Shown here piece after piece: positions 61,672 to 64,000 of a stretch of 64,000 nucleotides of DNA. The position numbers and the translations under genes were made by a program. Positions within the stretch are counted from its first letter, which is position 1, and each line of letters starts with the position of its first letter. Source of the DNA: Azolla caroliniana (Eukaryota; Plantae; Polypodiophyta); assembly GCA_043228905.1 (NCBI GenBank), contig JBHGNT010000001.1, positions 28,830,001 to 28,894,000 on the forward strand. The letters run 5' to 3'. A model generated the notes under the pieces. It searched no databases. It saw nothing but the letters and a program-made list of their open reading frames with translations, and was not told where the DNA came from.

Positions 61672-62565
61672 TTTTCATGTTACTTGAACGAACATTGGTT
61701 TTTCAAAGACTTAATATCTATTATATATGAGGGAAATACAAATGCATTTTTTTCTCGTTAAATATCTATCCAAATGATGAGGACTATTTTTAAGAGAGAA
61801 CTTTCTAGAACTCCATAAGTTTAATGGATAATATATCTCTAAGAGGTTGATAAGTTTTAGAGATATATTATCCATCAAACTTATCAAACACAACAAAACA
61901 TAGGACACAATTAAGCAATTGTTATCCATGCAAACGAAGGTGTATGACAATGTATATACAATAATACAATAACTTGCGAGATCTAACTAATCCTAAATAG
62001 TTTGTTAGAAAGTCTAGATTTAGTTAGGAATTGTTAGTTTAGAATATAAGTTGACCATGTACCTCTATGTGATACCATATAATCAAATATTGTATGAGAT
62101 GGATGGGGAATTGAATAGTGAAGCTATATTTAGTGCTCCCTTTCATTGTACTACAATATCAAGTGTGATTTGATTTTGTTTGGTTAATTCAAAAACATAA
62201 AGTTTGTTAGGAAGTATTAACTTTAAAGTTTATACATAAGTTGACGACCTTTATGTGCTATTGTCAATGTACTAGATTTATATATTTATTTTTTCCAAAA
62301 AAAAACTCCTTCCACAATGTACTAGAATTAAAGTATCGAGCAAGAAGAATATGGTAATAGAATTGTGAAGTTGCATTATTTGCACCCCCTTTTCTCTACT
62401 ACTATACTTTTTGTAACCACCATATAAGTGGAATGGTAAAAAGAATGTGCCCAATGGAGAACAAGTGGTCATGGATTCAACCCTTACATTTCACAGTGGC
62501 ATCTAGTGAAATAAGAGATGTGTATGAAGTATATAATAGAGAGGTGAGAAATTGTAAATGACTTA

Positions 62566-64000
62566 TGTCGAATACATGTGTATAATGGACGTATTCACAT
62601 TATCCCGTTTTGGCCATTTATGTAATTAGCATAAAGGGTAGTTGCCCTAAGTCGGTCACTATATATAGTGACCTTGTAACCTTTTTGTAAGGTTGGTTGT
62701 TGTATTATTTGCTTTATGAAATAAAGACTCTTTTGTGTCTCTCTCTCTCTCTCTCTCTGTGCAACGACCTACAATCTCTCATACGCAGGTATTCAGAGAA
62801 GAATCGAATGCTCCTTGATCTTCCGCACAGACGACCCTCCTCGCTTCCAACATCTGGTATCAGAGCAGAGGTTCGGCCGTCATCACCGCCTGCACAACAT
62901 TCGGTTCTTCACTTCATCACGGCCTGCACAGTATTCGCGTCATTCGAAGAAAGAGAGAAGAAGAACAAAAACGAGGTTTGCACCTCATCGCGTTAGATCC
63001 CCTTGCTTGGAGTAAGCCAGCAGGTTGTACTCTGTCCCTTGTGATCGTAACCGCTCGAGGTGAAATCCCCTTGTGCAACTTTGACAACAACCCAAATTTG
63101 TGCTTCATCTGGCTGATCGACATTCGGGAGGATCAGTCGGATTCGTCTCTCTCGTCGCTGCAGTCACCCGAAGCCGAATCGGTCCAGATAATCGGTTTCA
63201 ATAATCGGTATTCGGCATAGATATATCCGAAGCGAACCGGGCTCACTCCGACTCGGCGACATTCGGGAAGACCAGTCGGTTCTGTCCCTCAAGTTACCGG
63301 AGTCAATTCGAGCAAGTTCAACAATACATATATCCGAAGCCGAACCGACTCGGGTTCAAATCCGACTAGAACGATATCGGGTGAGCCAACCGGCTGCACT
63401 CCAACAAGGTTCGTAGTCAACTCCGAACCGAGCTTCGTCAACCAAAACCGAACTTGATGGCATCAACATCCGGCTCGTCAGAAATGAGTCTACGAAAGTT
63501 CGATGGATCGAACTTTAACTTCTGGAAGGAGCAAATGCAGGACTATCTCATAGTCAAGGGGCAAATCGATCCCATCGAAAATGAAGAACCTCCAGAAGGA
63601 TACAAACCAATTGAGTGGCAAAAGCTGGACAGAATCGTCCGCGCCACGATTCGGATGCACCTATCGGAATCGGTATACTTTACGGTGCAATCGTGTATGA
63701 CAACATTCGAACTGTGGAAAACACTGTCGGACACTTATGAAAAGAAGGTCGCCGCAACGAAGATGTTTCTGATCCGGCGCCTCTACAACTTGCGGATGAA
63801 AGAATCCGATTCGGTCCAAGCACACCTCAATGAGTATGAAAGCATAAGCTCCCAAATCTCGTCACAGGGGACGGCAATCGAGGATGAACTCAGAGCAATG
63901 ATACTCATGAGCAGCCTTCCCTCATCATGGGAAACTTTCGTCACAACCGTGTGCAACGCGTCAACCACGGCTGTTAAATACTCTGAAGTCACGAGCGCAA
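62566..64000 (+). mobile_element. Ty1/copia element F (same family as E), 5' part; runs off the window
   Basis: LTR 62566-62852 (TGTCGAATAC...CCAACA) and PBS TGGTATCAGAGC at 62855. Gag ATG at 63457 (MASTSGSSEMSLRKFDGSNFNFWKEQMQDYLIVKGQ) is open to the window end and closely similar to gag of E. Confidence 0.92.

Overview
Eukaryotic nuclear DNA from a land plant, probably a non-seed plant such as a fern (inferred from the PPR style, HKT sequences and retroelement types; not provable here). Host genes are the 5' part of an SMP/C2-domain (NTMC2T5-like) gene, an intronless PLS-E+ PPR gene, and a cluster of three 3-exon HKT/Trk cation transporter paralogues. One HKT is on the minus strand and two on the plus strand; the third has a frameshift in a G run. 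All three have Gly in all four pore loops and a long first cytoplasmic loop containing an invariant RAASMPxxPSLKW motif. About 34 kb between the divergent HKT copies is mostly nested mobile DNA: a degraded plastid insert (trnC-GCA), a Ty3/gypsy element with a relative inserted in its 3' LTR, a LINE remnant containing a PPR fragment, a three-level Copia/Copia/solo-LTR nest, a 1-kb mini LTR element and an ADE2/PurK pseudogene fragment. The most notable signals are (i) all three insertions of the tRNA-Trp-primed gypsy family sit at (A/C)CGT|GT sites with 4-bp TSDs, (ii) that family has a GGATTTT -1 slippery site after the protease, and (iii) the HKT loop motif is a candidate phospho/14-3-3 site. 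All coordinates and alignments were read by eye.
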